From contig JARDVH010000031.1 of assembly GCA_030324005.1 (NCBI GenBank), positions 68,175,651 through 68,238,217 of the forward strand: DNA of 62,567 nucleotides, read 5' to 3'. This stretch comes from Negaprion brevirostris. Taxonomy: Eukaryota. Under the pieces are notes generated by a model. It was not told the DNA's origin. It saw nothing but the letters and a program-made list of their open reading frames with translations, and searched no databases. Shown one piece after another: positions 50,628 through 62,567 of the stretch. Positions within the stretch are counted from its first letter, which is position 1. Each line of letters begins with the position of its first letter. The translations under genes and the position numbers were made by a program.

Positions 50628-50839
50628 ACAGTAAGAAGTCTCACAACACCAGGTTAAAGTCCAACAGGCTCATTTGGAATCACAAGCTTTCAGAGTGCTG
50701 CTCCTTCATCAGGTGAGTCACTCACCTGATGAAGGAGCAGCATCCCAAATGCTTGTGATCCCAAGTAAACCTGTTGGACTTTAATCTGGTGTTGTAAGAC
50801 TTCTTACTGTGCCCACCCCAGTCTAATGCCAGCATCTCC
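50628..50839. mobile_element. PLE-derived fold-back element P1 (91-bp arms, 1-nt spacer, ~30-bp one-sided tail)
   Basis: Arms 50628-50718 and 50720-50810 are near-reverse complements around ggtgagt-c-actcacc; tail gcccaccccagtctaatgccagcatctcc. Confidence 0.9.
50680..50716 (-). ncRNA. Minimal type I hammerhead ribozyme motif, sense to LRP1B pre-mRNA
   Basis: Minus strand: TCAC-CTGATGA-a-GGAG-cagca-CTCT-GAAA-gc-TT-GTGA; intact core, stem I TCAC/GTGA, stem II with a G-U pair, palindromic AGCT stem III. Confidence 0.72.
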
Positions 50840-51103
50840 TGTAAACAAATAGGGAAGGGAAGTAGGGATTGAGGTCTGAATGTGAGGAGGGATATGGAGG
50901 AGAGGAGAAGGGACGGAAACAGCAAGGAGAGAGTTTGGACATATTAATTGTACATTTTATGTGTAGTCAGACTCGCCTCTCATGATCTCTGAACTTATGT
51001 TGAAGCCTCAAAAGAACTTCAGTGATTTTAAGAAGCCAGGCTAAAAGTATAATGCACCAGCGAAGGTAGAACATGACTCTGGGCGTGCAGGGGTGGGAGA
51101 GTC

Positions 51104-51273
51104 GGGGGGAATTCTCCGGCCCCCCAGTTGTGTGTCTTTTGGCACTCTGGTCTCGCTGCTATCAATGGAATTTCTCATTGATGTCACCTCATGCCACCGC
51201 AAAATCCACAGGGGTTTGTCCTCTTAGCAGGACCAGAGAATCTTGTCAATGTGAACAGTCGGAAAATCCGCCC
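51104..51273. mobile_element. MITE family M3
   Basis: ggggggaattctccg / cggaaaatccgccc TIRs; central atcaatggaatttctcattgat palindrome. Confidence 0.7.
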
Positions 51274-52164
51274 ACTACCCCCCCATTAGATTTTCAACCT
51301 GCACTGTATTCTGGAATACCGATCAGAGAGTTAGTTCACATCAGCTTACAGGAGGCTTGCATATGTNNNNNNNNNNCTAAAGCATTTGAAATGACCAACT
51401 TGCATTTTTCCCAATACAGAAGTAGAACGCATTTCACCCGATATCTTAAGAGGCTTCTAAGGATTAACATTGTGTCAGGGAGACTCTTACAATTAGGATA
51501 AACAATGCTTCTGAAAATACATAGCAATATCCAAATGAACTTGCACTGAAATCTATTATAGACACAGCAAACCCACTTTGTTATACATGAACGCATTTCT
51601 GGCTGGAACTAACAGCAGGTCATGACAAAGTTGTAAAAAAAATAAACATTTTTCTTTCACTTTCTGTGCGTTGCACATACGTTAAACATCTTTGAAACAC
51701 ATTTTCAGAAACATTAACCCATCCAAAGAATGTCTGCTGCCTCGACTTGCTTCAATTAGAGCAGAAAAATAGTGAGCAAATAAAGAAGCATAAAGGACAA
51801 GTACGCAAAATTAGACAGAGATTTCAGTGAAATGCTTCAATCCTGACAGCTTAAAGAGCAGAACTGGGGGATTAAACTTCATATGCTTTCAACACACGTC
51901 CACATGTCGGGCATTGCCCCAACGTGCATGGGTGGCACACAATCCCCGTTGGTCGAGATTCGGGCTCGAAGTTACAGGCCTATTTTTAAATTGAATTTTT
52001 TTTTTAAAAGTGGTTCAGAGGGCACCTTTCTATAGAAGTACCCCCTCAGTAGCTCATTACTGCAGTTGGGTGCTCCTCTGAAGATCAAAGGCTTCTTCTT
52101 GGCATTCTAGCTTTGAAAGACATTTTACCACCCTAAATTGAACAAGGAACTGGTTTCCATGCCA

Positions 52165-52356
52165 CCTAAAGGAGATGTCCCCATCAAACTTATCTTTCTC
52201 TCCACCCTAGCTATGACTGCAATATTACCTTCTGTGCCTTCTCCTTTCCTTATCCCCAGGTACTCGATGAACAGTATGTTTTGTCTGTACAGCATGCAAA
52301 AAGCAATACTTTTCACTGTGTACCGATACATGTGACAATAATAAATCAAATCAAAA
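52165..52356 (+). mobile_element. Rex1/Babar 3' UTR fragment
   Basis: Homologous to 23255-23432; ends catgtgacaataataaatcaaatcaaa. Confidence 0.75.
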
Positions 52357-52574
52357 ACTTCAAATGGGTGACTATTTCTCCCCATCCAGGGCAGGATCGG
52401 GACCTGGAAACTGTTCCGACTCCTCTTTCCTGCCACTGAAGCAAAACATTCCTCAAAGGCACAGATGATATTTTGTTGTAAAAAAAAGTTCTGCAATTTT
52501 TGTACTCAGCTCTGCAGTGTTCATATATAACTAACAATAAAATGTTGGACCTCTACTCTAGTACAGAGATAGAT

Positions 52575-52810
52575 ACTTGATATAGGTCATAGNNNNNNNN
52601 NNNNNNNNNNNNNNNNNNNNNNNNNNNNNNNNNNNNNNNNNNNNNNNNNNNNNNNNNNNNNNNNNNNNNNNNNNNNNNNNNNNNNNNNNNNNNNNNNNNN
52701 NNNNNNNNNNNNNNNNNNNNNNNNGACAAAATTATATCTGCCTCTATTATTACCTCTGGCAGCTTGTTCCAGACACTCACCACCCTCTGTGTGAAAAAAT
52801 TGCCTCTCTA
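52575..52810 (-). mobile_element. CR1 LINE 3' end (mostly in gap)
   Basis: Minus frame RQFFHTEGGECLEQAA / VSVWNKLPEVIIEA, i.e. the FFTQRVV.VWN.LP motif. Confidence 0.75.
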
Positions 52811-53697
52811 GGCATGTGGTTAAAGATCTAACAACTTGGTGGTCATTGAACAAACAGATTAAATTTTGTTAGATTTTTATGCACATTCTCTCTTTTACAA
52901 AGAAAGAATATAACAGGAAGGATTATTTGAAATTTGGATTTTGAGCTGTGAAAATGGATAAGCACCAGAGTTTCTGCTCACCTATAGATTTTTCACAGAT
53001 AGAAAATTTGTGATCCTTCAAGCATGACTGTGCTGCTCCGTCTCATTATGCTTAGGGAACATTAAAGATGAATACACCTTTGGTTCGTGCTTAGCCATCA
53101 TGCGCCCCCAAAGGATCCAACAACACCTACTGCTTTTATCAAGGGATTTGTTAGGTTTGTTGCTGGCATTGTGAAATATATGATATATCTTTTATGTTTT
53201 GTTTTATCGCATGAACAATTGGTAAAGGTACATTTTATTGAAAGCACAACGGGCAAAGTTATATTTGTTAACACTTTTGATTAGCTGCTGGCAATGTATT
53301 AAGTAATACAATAGGGNNNNNNNNNNNNNNNNNNNNNNNNNNNNNNNNNNNNNNNNNNNNNNNNNNNNNNNNNNNNNNNNNNNNNNNNNNNNNNATCCAC
53401 TTGCGTGCTATGCCCCAATAACAGCTTGCAATTATATTGCACTTTCAACAAAGCAGAACATCTCAACTTGCTTCACAGGAGTTTAAAGAAAGAATCCATG
53501 TTAAGCCTCTGAAATGCTTCTGTCCAGTTAGGGATGACAATTATTCCTGACCCAGTCAGTGCTTCTCACATCCCACAAATGAATACAAGCTTGCTCATTG
53601 AGGCAGTTTTAAAGAGGACCTTAAAGAATGAGAAAGAGGTGGAGAGGGGTAGCGAAGAATTTCCAGAGTTTAGGCATTAGGCAGCTGAAGTCACTGC

Positions 53698-53985
53698 TAT
53701 CATACAGCGCAGAAGGAGACCATTTAGCCTATCGAGCCTGCACTGACAACAATCCACCCTGTCCTATCCCCATAATCCAACCTATTTACTCTGCTAGCAC
53801 CCCCTGACACTAAGGGGCAATTTCACATGGTCAATCAACCTAGTCCTCATATCTTTGGACTGTGGGAGGAAACTGGAGCAGGCACAGGGAGAATGTGCAA
53901 ACTCTACACAGACAGTGACCTAAGGCCAGAACTGAACCCGGGTCCCTAGCACTGTGAAACAGCAGTGCTAACCACCGTGCCACCT
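53698..53985 (-). mobile_element. HE1-like SINE inserted in an old L2-like fragment
   Basis: tacagcgcagaaggagaccatt..gacactaaggggcaattt..gaacccgggtccctagcactgtg..agtgctaaccaccgtgccacc. Confidence 0.85.
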
Positions 53986-56900
53986 GAATAAATATGTTCT
54001 TTGTTCCAACAATCCTCGTTCAAAACTGAAGCTTTGTTTTGAAGTGTCTGTTTTTGATAGATTAAGATTGAAGTAGTGACGTTCACTATCTCAGATTTAT
54101 ATTGTCAAATAAAACATCTCCTTGAAGCACTGCAACAGATATTATATGGTCAATTTTGCAAGGTCACTGACAGGACCTTGCAAAATTCATCCCTAAATGC
54201 CANNNNNNNNNNNNNNNNNNNNNNNNNNNNNNNNNNNNNNNNNNNNNNNNNNNNNNNNNNNNNNNNNNNNNNNNNNNNNNNNNNNNNNNNNNNNNNNNNN
54301 NNCAAAATTCATCCCTAAATGCCAATATGTTATATTATTAAATGTGTTGGAGTGAAATAGAACAGCATTTGTATTGCTGCCATTCACATGAAAATGTGGT
54401 TTAAATATTGCTGAAAAAAGAGACATGCTATCTGTTTTAATGGTCACGGGGGATTGTCAATAGATGTCTCCGTGGACCTCATAGAATTCGAGCTCCGCTA
54501 TTAGGTGAGTGGTGAATCGCTCAATAGGGAAGGAACAATGGGAGGGGGTTTAAAACTTTAAGGGCTGTAATTCTGAGGGGAGTGCAATGTGTGACAAATA
54601 TAGAATGAGAACAATTCCTTTTGGTCTTTTAAAGTACAAGTTACCTCTAAAGAATACGATAGTGTTTAGTCAATTGCTCTTTCAGTCATTTGTTAAAATT
54701 AAAGTTTCAAAATGTGAAACTTTGCTGCGTCATTCTTCAAGCTTGTAATTGGAAGTTTGAATCTCTTTTAAAAGTTATTGGTCTCTACGGAGATCCTAGC
54801 ACTTTGCATTCCCATGCCTTGCACCCTGTAATGAAGACATCTCTCAAGTTTAACTACTGACCACATGTAGCACAAACAGAAAGCATCTCAGTGCTTTGGA
54901 GTGAGGCTGACAGCATGAGGATCCAGACTTTGCAAAATATTGTTGTTTGTGTGTTCATTCATTGGTGTGGTTGAGATATATGTGCTCATGGCTGACACTG
55001 ACCTCCATCCTTTTTCACTTTCCTCACCAATACCTTCTGATTTTAAATGGTTGGCAAAAGTTAAAAATATCAAATAATAAGCTTCATTGGCAAAACTCTA
55101 TTGATCGGTTTCATTCAAACTATTCTGTTAAAAATGAACAAAGAGTGTGAACATATATAAGGAATGTACTAAATAACTGACAGAAGAAATGGAGAGAGTT
55201 TGGATTTTTGACCTTTGAATGTTCTGATTCAAAATGTTGGGATAACTTTAGATCAGCTGTATTCCTCTGTCATTAGAATGTTTTTTTTCAAATTGAATTT
55301 GCACTGATGTTGCTCTCCATTATTCCACTGAAAAATAAATATGTTTAAAAGGCTAGTGATAAATGCAAGATGCATTTTCAGTCATCTTTATATTGTGCTT
55401 ATCCTGCCATCTAAAGACAGTGGGAGATTATGCCACCTGTTCAATGATAAACACTTTGTGTGAGTCGATCTTTCAAATTAGCCTTGCGTAGGAGTTAAAT
55501 AAGTTAACCCAATTAGCACCAAGTGTAATCAAATTCTTCCGGATGTGCCCTCAACTAAGCATTCACATTGATCAAATGTTACGTTTTAGAGTGTGGGTGT
55601 ATTGCAGGCCTTAGAGTATTGCTAGTGGAGAGAGATTTATATTCACAAATGATCCACAATTGGATGAGCAGCGCAATGCTTTTTTTTGAGGATGCGCAAT
55701 TTGATTTTAGCTTCATACTCACCAAAATAAATGAAAATGAAGAAACACCAGTAGTGCTATTTTCAGCTGTACTGACCCTGGGACTTAAGTGTTGAATGAC
55801 TTGTGTTGTCAATCCCGAAGGAGATAGAGAATGCTTGGAATGAAAACTAACTAACCAACATCTGTTGTTAGCTGTTATTTTTTTCAGTTCACCCGGAAGA
55901 TAAAATCAATGGCCTATGCATCTGTTGCAACCTATAAGGACAAACAAAATGAAACTTGGGGGAATTCCAAATTCAGGGATCATGTTTTAAAAGAAAATGA
56001 ATTATATGCTAGATTAGCCATAGGACAGCTGAAAACTTATTCTTTCTTATACAGCGGTTACTGAACATACTAGCACAGCTTTAGGAGGTTGTAAAGAACC
56101 AGACAGTATTTTAGATTGCCTCGATGCTCTGGCTTTTTGTTTCTCACTTTGCCATTTCTAATTGATTCAGTTCTGTTCCAACTTGAACCATATATCCCCC
56201 AGTTAAAAAAGAAAGCAAGTTGATGCCTACTGGAGCTTAAGAGACCAACCATTTCCTCGCTGACTAAATTATATGAATCTTGCTCCTGATACCTAACTCA
56301 AAACCTTTGCTGTTCTTATCCTAAACTCTGCCAAATCCCAGAGATAAAACACAAGACCTGGCATAAAATAGCAGTCAGCGCTTCTGAAGCTTTCCATTTT
56401 AAACTCTAATTGACTTTGCAGCCTTTGCTTCTTCTGAATGAAAGTGTTCAGAGGCAGACTGTAATGACCTCTCTTCTACCTCTCCAGCGTCCTATAATGT
56501 TACTCTCAGAAAAGTATTCCCAATAGCAAGATTGTGAACTTTCACTAAATCACTGAAGCTCGGAATTGGAGCTCAAATAATCAACATTAAAGTTTCACTA
56601 GAATACACATATCTGTGAATCTTAGCATGGCTTTACTCAATAATTGTATTCTCTACAATTAAAGAAAAGATTAATGTACAGGAAAGTATTTGTTAGGTGG
56701 GAATTCTGTATTAACAGGGGTTTATTTGAATTGACAGACAGAGGATGATTCTACACTAACACTGATGGAGAATGTCTGGCAAGACTATTGCTGGTACTGA
56801 CAATTACAGCATTGATAGGATGTACATTGAATGTTCTTCCACAATGTGTAGTGGTAAATGGTACAATTTAATGTTTGTTTTCTAAGATTCAGCTTCTTAC

Positions 56901-56999
56901 TCTTCCTGGGTGCTGATGGACACGAAGGCAGTCCATTTTTACCATTGCTTTTGCATTAGCATATTGTGCTCTGGGTTTATTACATACTGCAAATCCTTT

Positions 57000-57225
57000 A
57001 TATATGGAGAAGTGATTGGCCTGACTCACGACTCCTTACCAGAGGGTAAGACACGATGGGTGTTGTTTTGATCCACTTCCACCAGATACAAGTATCCCTC
57101 TGGATGATAATCCAATATTCAGACATTGGAGCTTTGACCTCCTGCTCATTGAACCTGGCAGGAATGAAACTTAACCCCTAACCTTCTGACCCAGAAGCCA
57201 GAATGCCAACACTGAGCAAAAGTTC
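57000..57225 (-). mobile_element. Old tRNA-derived SINE relic (possibly Deu-domain/SacSINE1-like)
   Basis: Minus-strand head gctcagtgttggcattctggcttctgggtcagaaggttaggggttaagt; a similar head occurs at ~2180-2270. The family name is tentative. Confidence 0.35.
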
Positions 57226-58460
57226 ACTCTTTTTCTAAGGTTACTAATGTCAAACTACACATTGTGGACTCAAATATTAAACATTTTTGGGTGCAAAAAA
57301 ATTTGTCATCTCTATAATTATCAAACATCATTTTAAAACCTTGGTCATATTCAGCTCAGGAAGACCTCTAACAATGTTATGTTTTATTTTCTGTACAAGT
57401 TAATTTAAATTGGAGATATACAAGACTTATAAATTGGGGACTTAATTTGCCTTATAAATTGGATTAACATCTTAGAAATTGGATTTATGCCCAAAACGGG
57501 TACAAAGCTGATTCTGGTCCTAATGCTTTAGCGTCATTTGGTTTTTGGCTTTATTTAGATCTCACCGAGTTAAGGATGCGAAACAGAATCCGTCGTGCAA
57601 CATGTTGATTGGGGATGGCAGGTAATCAATGGTTCCGGCATCGAATCNNNNNNNNNNNNNNNNNNNNNNNNNNNNNNNNNNNNNNNNNNNNNNNNNNNNN
57701 NNNNNNNNNNNNNNNNNNNNNNNNNNNNNNNNNNNNNNNNNNNNNNNNNNNNNNNNNNNNNNNNNNNNNNNNNNNNNNNNNNNNNNNNNNNNNNNNNNNN
57801 NNNNNNNNNNNNNNNNNNNNNNNNNNNNNNNNNNNNNNNNNNNNNNNNNNNNNNNNNNNNNNNNNNNNNNNNNNNNNNNNNNNNNNNNNNNNNNNNNNNN
57901 NNNNNNNNNNNNNNNNNNNNNNNNNNNNNNNNNNNNNNNNNNNNNNNNNNNNNNNNNNNNNNNNNNNNNNNNNNNNNNNNNNNNNNNNNNNNNNNNNNNN
58001 NNNNNNNNNNNNNNNNNNNNNNNNNNNNNNNNNNNNNNNNNNNNNNNNNNNNNNNNNNNNNNNNNNNNNNNNNNNNNNNNNNNNNNNNNNNNNNNNNNNN
58101 NNNNNNNNNNNNNNNNNNNNNNNNNNNNNNNNNNNNNNNNNNNNNNNNNNNNNNNNNNNNNNNNNNNNNNNNNNNNNNNNNNNNNNNNNNNNNNNNNNNN
58201 NNNNNNNNNNNNNNNNNNNNNNNNNNNNNNNNNNNNNNNNNNNNNNNNNNNNNNNNNNNNNNNNNNNNNNNNNNNNNNNNNNNNNNNNNNNNNNNNNNNN
58301 NNNNNNNNNNNNNNNNNNNNNNNNNNNNNNNNNNNNNNNNNNNNNNNNNNNNNNNNNNNNNNNNNNNNNNNNNNNNNNNNNNNNNNNNNNNNNNNNNNNN
58401 NNNNNNNNNNNNNNNNNNNNNNNNNNNNNNNNNNNNNNNNNNNNNNNNNNNNNNNNNNNN

Positions 58461-58690
58461 CCTCGCCTGTCAAAAACCTATCTACCCGCGTCTTAAAAAT
58501 ATTTAGCGAGGCAGCCTCCACCACTTCAACGGGCAGAAATTTCCAGAGATTCACCACCCTTTGAGTGAAGAAGTTCCTCCTCAACTCCGTTCTAAACCGC
58601 CCCTGCCTTTATCTTGAGGCTGTGCCCTCTAGTCCTACTGTACTTTCTGAGCAGGAAGAGCCTCTCCACCTCTATCTATCCTATCTTACA
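58461..58690 (-). mobile_element. CR1 LINE ORF2 C-terminus (relatively young; continues into gap)
   Basis: MRRNFFTQRVVNLWKFLPVEVVEAASLNIFKTRVDRFL. Confidence 0.9.
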
Positions 58691-59176
58691 TTGTCAACAT
58701 GGATCCTCTCCATATTACAATGTAAATACATTCCAAGAAAGGATAATTTAATTCCAATTGTCTTTGGAAAATGCCTCTCCCTTCAGAATAAAATACCTTG
58801 TAACGAAAAGTGAGTAATTTAGTTTGAATATTGCTGAAAAAAAGAAAAGGTCTTTTGGCAGTAATGCTCAAGTTCTGTACCACCACACAATTATTTATAA
58901 TTTTGTTTAATTTGAGGACTGATAGATACAAACCTGAATTTTTACCCACTTATGTATATTATATCTGAGTGGTTGGTGCTAATTTTCACAGATGCTCAAA
59001 TAGAAATATGCTACTTACATTCAATTTAAAAAAAGATCTATTTCAACAGCACTGAGTGCAGATGTAAAAATAAGAAAATAGCAACAGGACTACAAGTGGC
59101 CCCTTGAGCCTCCTCCTCTGTTTGATAAGACCTTTACTGATCTGCTACCTCAACTCCCCGCAATTTCTTGCTTGTT

Positions 59177-59508
59177 TCATAAAATCATAGAATCCCCACA
59201 GTGCAAAAGGAGGCCATTTTGCTCACCGAGCCTGCACAGACAACAATCCCCATCCAGGCCCCTATCCCCGTAACACCACATAATTACCCAGCAAATGCCC
59301 CTGATGTTAAGAGAGAAGTTAGCATGACCAATCAATCTAACCCACACATCTTTGGAGTGTGGGAGAAAACCAGAGCACCCGGAGGAAACCCCATGCAGAC
59401 ACAGGGAGAATGTGAAAACACCATACACAATCATTTGAGGCTGGAATTGAACCTGGCTTATTGGCTCTGTGAGACAGCTGTGCTAACCACTGTGCCACCA
59501 TGCTGCCC
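59177..59508 (-). mobile_element. HE1-like SINE, full length
   Basis: catagaatccccacagtgcaaaaggaggccatt tail to gtgctaaccactgtgccaccatgctgccc head. Confidence 0.9.
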
Positions 59509-59554
59509 TACTCCTCGATTGCCTTAATCTCAGTCATGAATATTTTCTGAGCAT

Positions 59555-59725
59555 CTATGGGCACACTCTAGGCCATCAGCAGAAGACTGGTTCTCAACCA
59601 CAATCTGTAACATCATAGCCGGATGTATCCCCCTGACTACTATTACCATCAAGCCAAGGGATCAACCCTAAATCAATGAGGAGTGTAGGAAAATATGTCA
59701 GGACCAGGAACAAGTAAAAACTGAA
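59555..59725 (+). mobile_element. CR1/L2-like LINE internal fragment
   Basis: tattaccatcaagccaagggatcaaccc..aatgaggagtg; homologous to the reverse complement of 60670-60800. Confidence 0.7.
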
Positions 59726-59744
59726 ACAGAAAGAGGGGAAACTG

Positions 59745-60029
59745 GTTGCCTAATATGAGAACCATTCATGGCAGACATGAAATGGATACAATTATGTTGC
59801 ATCGGATCTGAATAAGCAGATAATTGATCAGCTAGTCCAACATAGCAAGCCACATAAGTTGAGGCGTGAGCTGCTGGAAAGAGGTGACTTAACATTGAAT
59901 GACTCTTTGAAAATGGCAGCTACATTGGAAGCAGTGAAGGAAGAATCCTACAGCATACGACTTGGTTCCACTTCTGTCATGGGACTGACAGAAGTTGAGG
60001 TTAACCGAGTGGCACAACAGAATTGCTGA
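59745..60029 (+). mobile_element. Ty3/Gypsy gag fragment
   Basis: Frame from ~59805 reads DLNKQIIDQLVQHSKPHKLRRELLERGDLTLNDSLKMAATLEAV, the Gypsy gag D(Q/R)..LR..LL...DLTL..A...E signature. Confidence 0.75.
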
Positions 60030-60862
60030 GTTAGATGTCGCTTTATAGTACTGTTGACGACGCTTCCATCTCTTTGCTGATGATCAGGAGTAAACTGATG
60101 GTTTGGTAACTGGCCAAGTTGGATTTATCCTGTTTCTTCTGTACAGATATAACTGGGCAATCTTCCACATTGCCGGATAGATGCCAGTCTGTAGTTGTAA
60201 TAGAACAGCTTAGCTTGAGTGCAGCACATTCTGGAGCATAAATCTTCAATACCGTTGTCAGAATATTGACAGGGCCCATAACCTTTGTAACATCCAATGC
60301 TTTCTTGATGTCACATAGAGCGAATGGAATTAGCTGAAGACTGACATCTCTAATGCTGGCGACCTCCGGAGGGGGCCAAAATGGATTGTCCAATCAATTT
60401 CTGGCTGAAGATTGCTATGAATGCTTTAGTCTTTTTTTTATACTTACGTGTTGGAGTCTTCAATAGTTGAGGATGAGGATACTTACGGAACTTTCTCCTC
60501 CAGTGAATTGTTTAATTTTCTACCACAATTCACAGCTGGATTTGGCAGGACTGCAGAACTTAGATCTGATCCGCTGTTTGTGGAATTGCTCACCCCTGTC
60601 TATTACTTGCTGCTTATGCTGTTTGGCACACACGTAATTCCGTTTTGCAGCTTTACGAGGTCGACACCTCAGTTTTAGGTATGCCTGGTGTTGCTCCTGG
60701 CATGCTCCCCGGCACTCTTCACAGAACTAGGGAGATCCCCTTACTTGATGGTAATGACGGATTGGGGGATATGCCGGGCCACGAGGTTACAGATTGAGAT
60801 TGAGTACAATTCAGCTGTTGAAGATGTCTCATAGCATCTCATGGATGCACTGGCTTGAGTGG
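60030..60862 (-). mobile_element. CR1/L2-like LINE RT-proximal fragment
   Basis: Minus ORF ..DIKKALDVTKVMGPVNILTTVLK..APE..VQKKQDKSNLASYQTISLLLIISKEME (RT domain 0/1). Confidence 0.85.
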
Positions 60863-60874
60863 CTAATTAGATTG

Positions 60875-61070
60875 CTAATCTTGAATTCAATGAGATCATG
60901 AGTGATCTGATATGATAATCCTCAACTCCACTTTCCCACCTTATCCCCATAACCCATGATTCACTCTATATTAAAAATCTGTCTATCTCAACCTTAAACA
61001 TGTTCAATGACTCAGCCTCAGCAGCTCTCTGCAGTAAATTCCACTATCTTCAGAGAAGAAATTTTGGGTA
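60875..61070 (-). mobile_element. CR1 LINE 3' fragment
   Basis: ttcaatgagatcatg..tgatctg..cctcaactccactttccc..tccccataaccc..aaaaatctgtctatctca. Confidence 0.75.
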
Positions 61071-62567
61071 ACCACCCCTCCTCCCTGAATCCAATCCTCC
61101 CTGCCCCGACCTCCCCCAGACATGACTAGTCCCCTCACCACTCGACTACCTCCCCAACTGCCCAACTACCCCAGACCTGACAACCACCGCATCTGCTCAC
61201 CCATCACTTTGATTTAGACAACATACAAGCTTGCACATAATTTGTAACATTCATGTTTTATGCATTCCAGTAGGAGGAGCACAGCCGCCCCTTCCTGACC
61301 CTCAAAGGCATGATCATCAAGCTCCCTATCATTCTTTCGGAACTCAACACTTAACCCGAAACTTAACAAGATCAGCAATATCAGCAATGTGGCAACAAGA
61401 GTAGATCAGGGCTTCGCTACTCTGGAGTAAGTGGCTTCCTCCCAAATCTCATAGGTCTCTTCCGATATCTTCTAAATTCAAGACAAGCTGGAGCTTTATG
61501 GAATACACACTGTTCAAGACTGTGAATTTTCCCTTAATCTCTGAAGCCATGGATTAGATAGAGTTCAATTCCCAGATTGAAATATCACCAGGATTCAAAT
61601 ACCTGTGAACATTAACTCAATTTTACTAAACCTCTGTATTCTCTAGAATTAATGGTAAGATTAATGTTAAGCACGCAGAAAATTATTTGTTAGCTGGGAA
61701 TTGTGTTCTTTAATATGGCCAAAACATGCCCATCTAATTCACCTTCATTGCCTTTCAAAGTGACCCCTGACTTCACCATTGCCGAGTTGATTTCCATAAA
61801 GCAATCAATTTCAGATTCTATGATGTTAATGAAGGAATGTATTACTTAGTAATGAGTTCTGTAAAAAGCCATCTGCTAATATTGCCACTTTATACTTATG
61901 ATATCATGGTTAATGAGATGGACATGTTTCAATCTAAGAGTTTATTAATGCTTTTTTAGTATCTAGGAACTAAATAAATTTCAGTCTGGGATAGGATTAG
62001 TCAATCATCAAACTGATACATCTAAGCATGTCATAGCCAAGCTTCAGAAACTACCATATCACTGCAGAGATTATGAAGGACATCATCACCTTCTGCTGTT
62101 CAGGTTCCACTGTGCCATAGCCTCGCTAAGATTTAACTTATTGCAATCTGCACTAAGGTAGGTGGCTGATTTCTGAGATCATATTTTATGTATGTATTAA
62201 GTATGCACAGAAGACATTTGTTGGAACCACATAATTTCACAAAAAAGAACATATTAAAATTATAAAGACTTTGTGCATCTATGAGATTTTCTTTTCACCG
62301 GAAAAAAAAGTTCTTACTTTTAAGTAAAGATGTCATTCAACTTTGTGGAATAGGAATAAATGTGAGAAAGATAGGTAAATGATGCCAATAAAATCTAATG
62401 ACTTGCGCAAAACTATTATGCTGCGTATTACTTTTATTTAAAGACATGGAAGTATTTTGTATTGTAATGCTCAAAGTAATTTTCTGCTACTAAAAGGTCT
62501 GTAAAAGCAAACTTAGTGAGACCACACCTGGAGTATTGAGTGCAGTTTTTGTCTCCTCATCTAAGAA

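Noticed and set aside
56895-56975. Possible minus-strand micro-exon ending in GTAAG
   Set aside because: Weak acceptor, and no frame resembles an LRP EGF repeat (no cysteine pattern).

Overview
Eukaryotic genomic DNA, almost certainly from an elasmobranch and probably a carcharhiniform-type shark (judged from HE1/V-type SINEs, CR1/HER1-like LINE ends and other repeat content). It comes from a gappy draft scaffold with many N runs. The window is intronic. The only host coding sequence I can support is one 264-bp, phase 1-1, AG/GT-bounded exon on the minus strand (48683-48946). It encodes the start of the first YWTD beta-propeller of an LRP1-family receptor, most likely LRP1B. I did not find the flanking exons, so the introns are very large unless exons are hidden in gaps. 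The rest is mostly decayed mobile DNA: two tRNA/V-domain SINE families; CR1, CR1/L2-like, RTE and Rex1/Babar LINE fragments; Ty3/Gypsy remnants; a large set of short and long GG-terminal inverted-repeat elements (PIF/Harbinger-like); and Penelope-like (PLE) derivatives. The most interesting signal is a family of short PLE-derived fold-back insertions (4 copies, two with ~10-bp TSDs) carrying minimal, dimer-type hammerhead ribozyme motifs. One of these has an intact catalytic core in the sense of the LRP1B pre-mRNA, ~1.7 kb upstream of the exon. Repeat boundaries were read by eye and are approximate. Most ORFs in the track are spurious or span N gaps. There are no prokaryotic features (CRISPR, operons).
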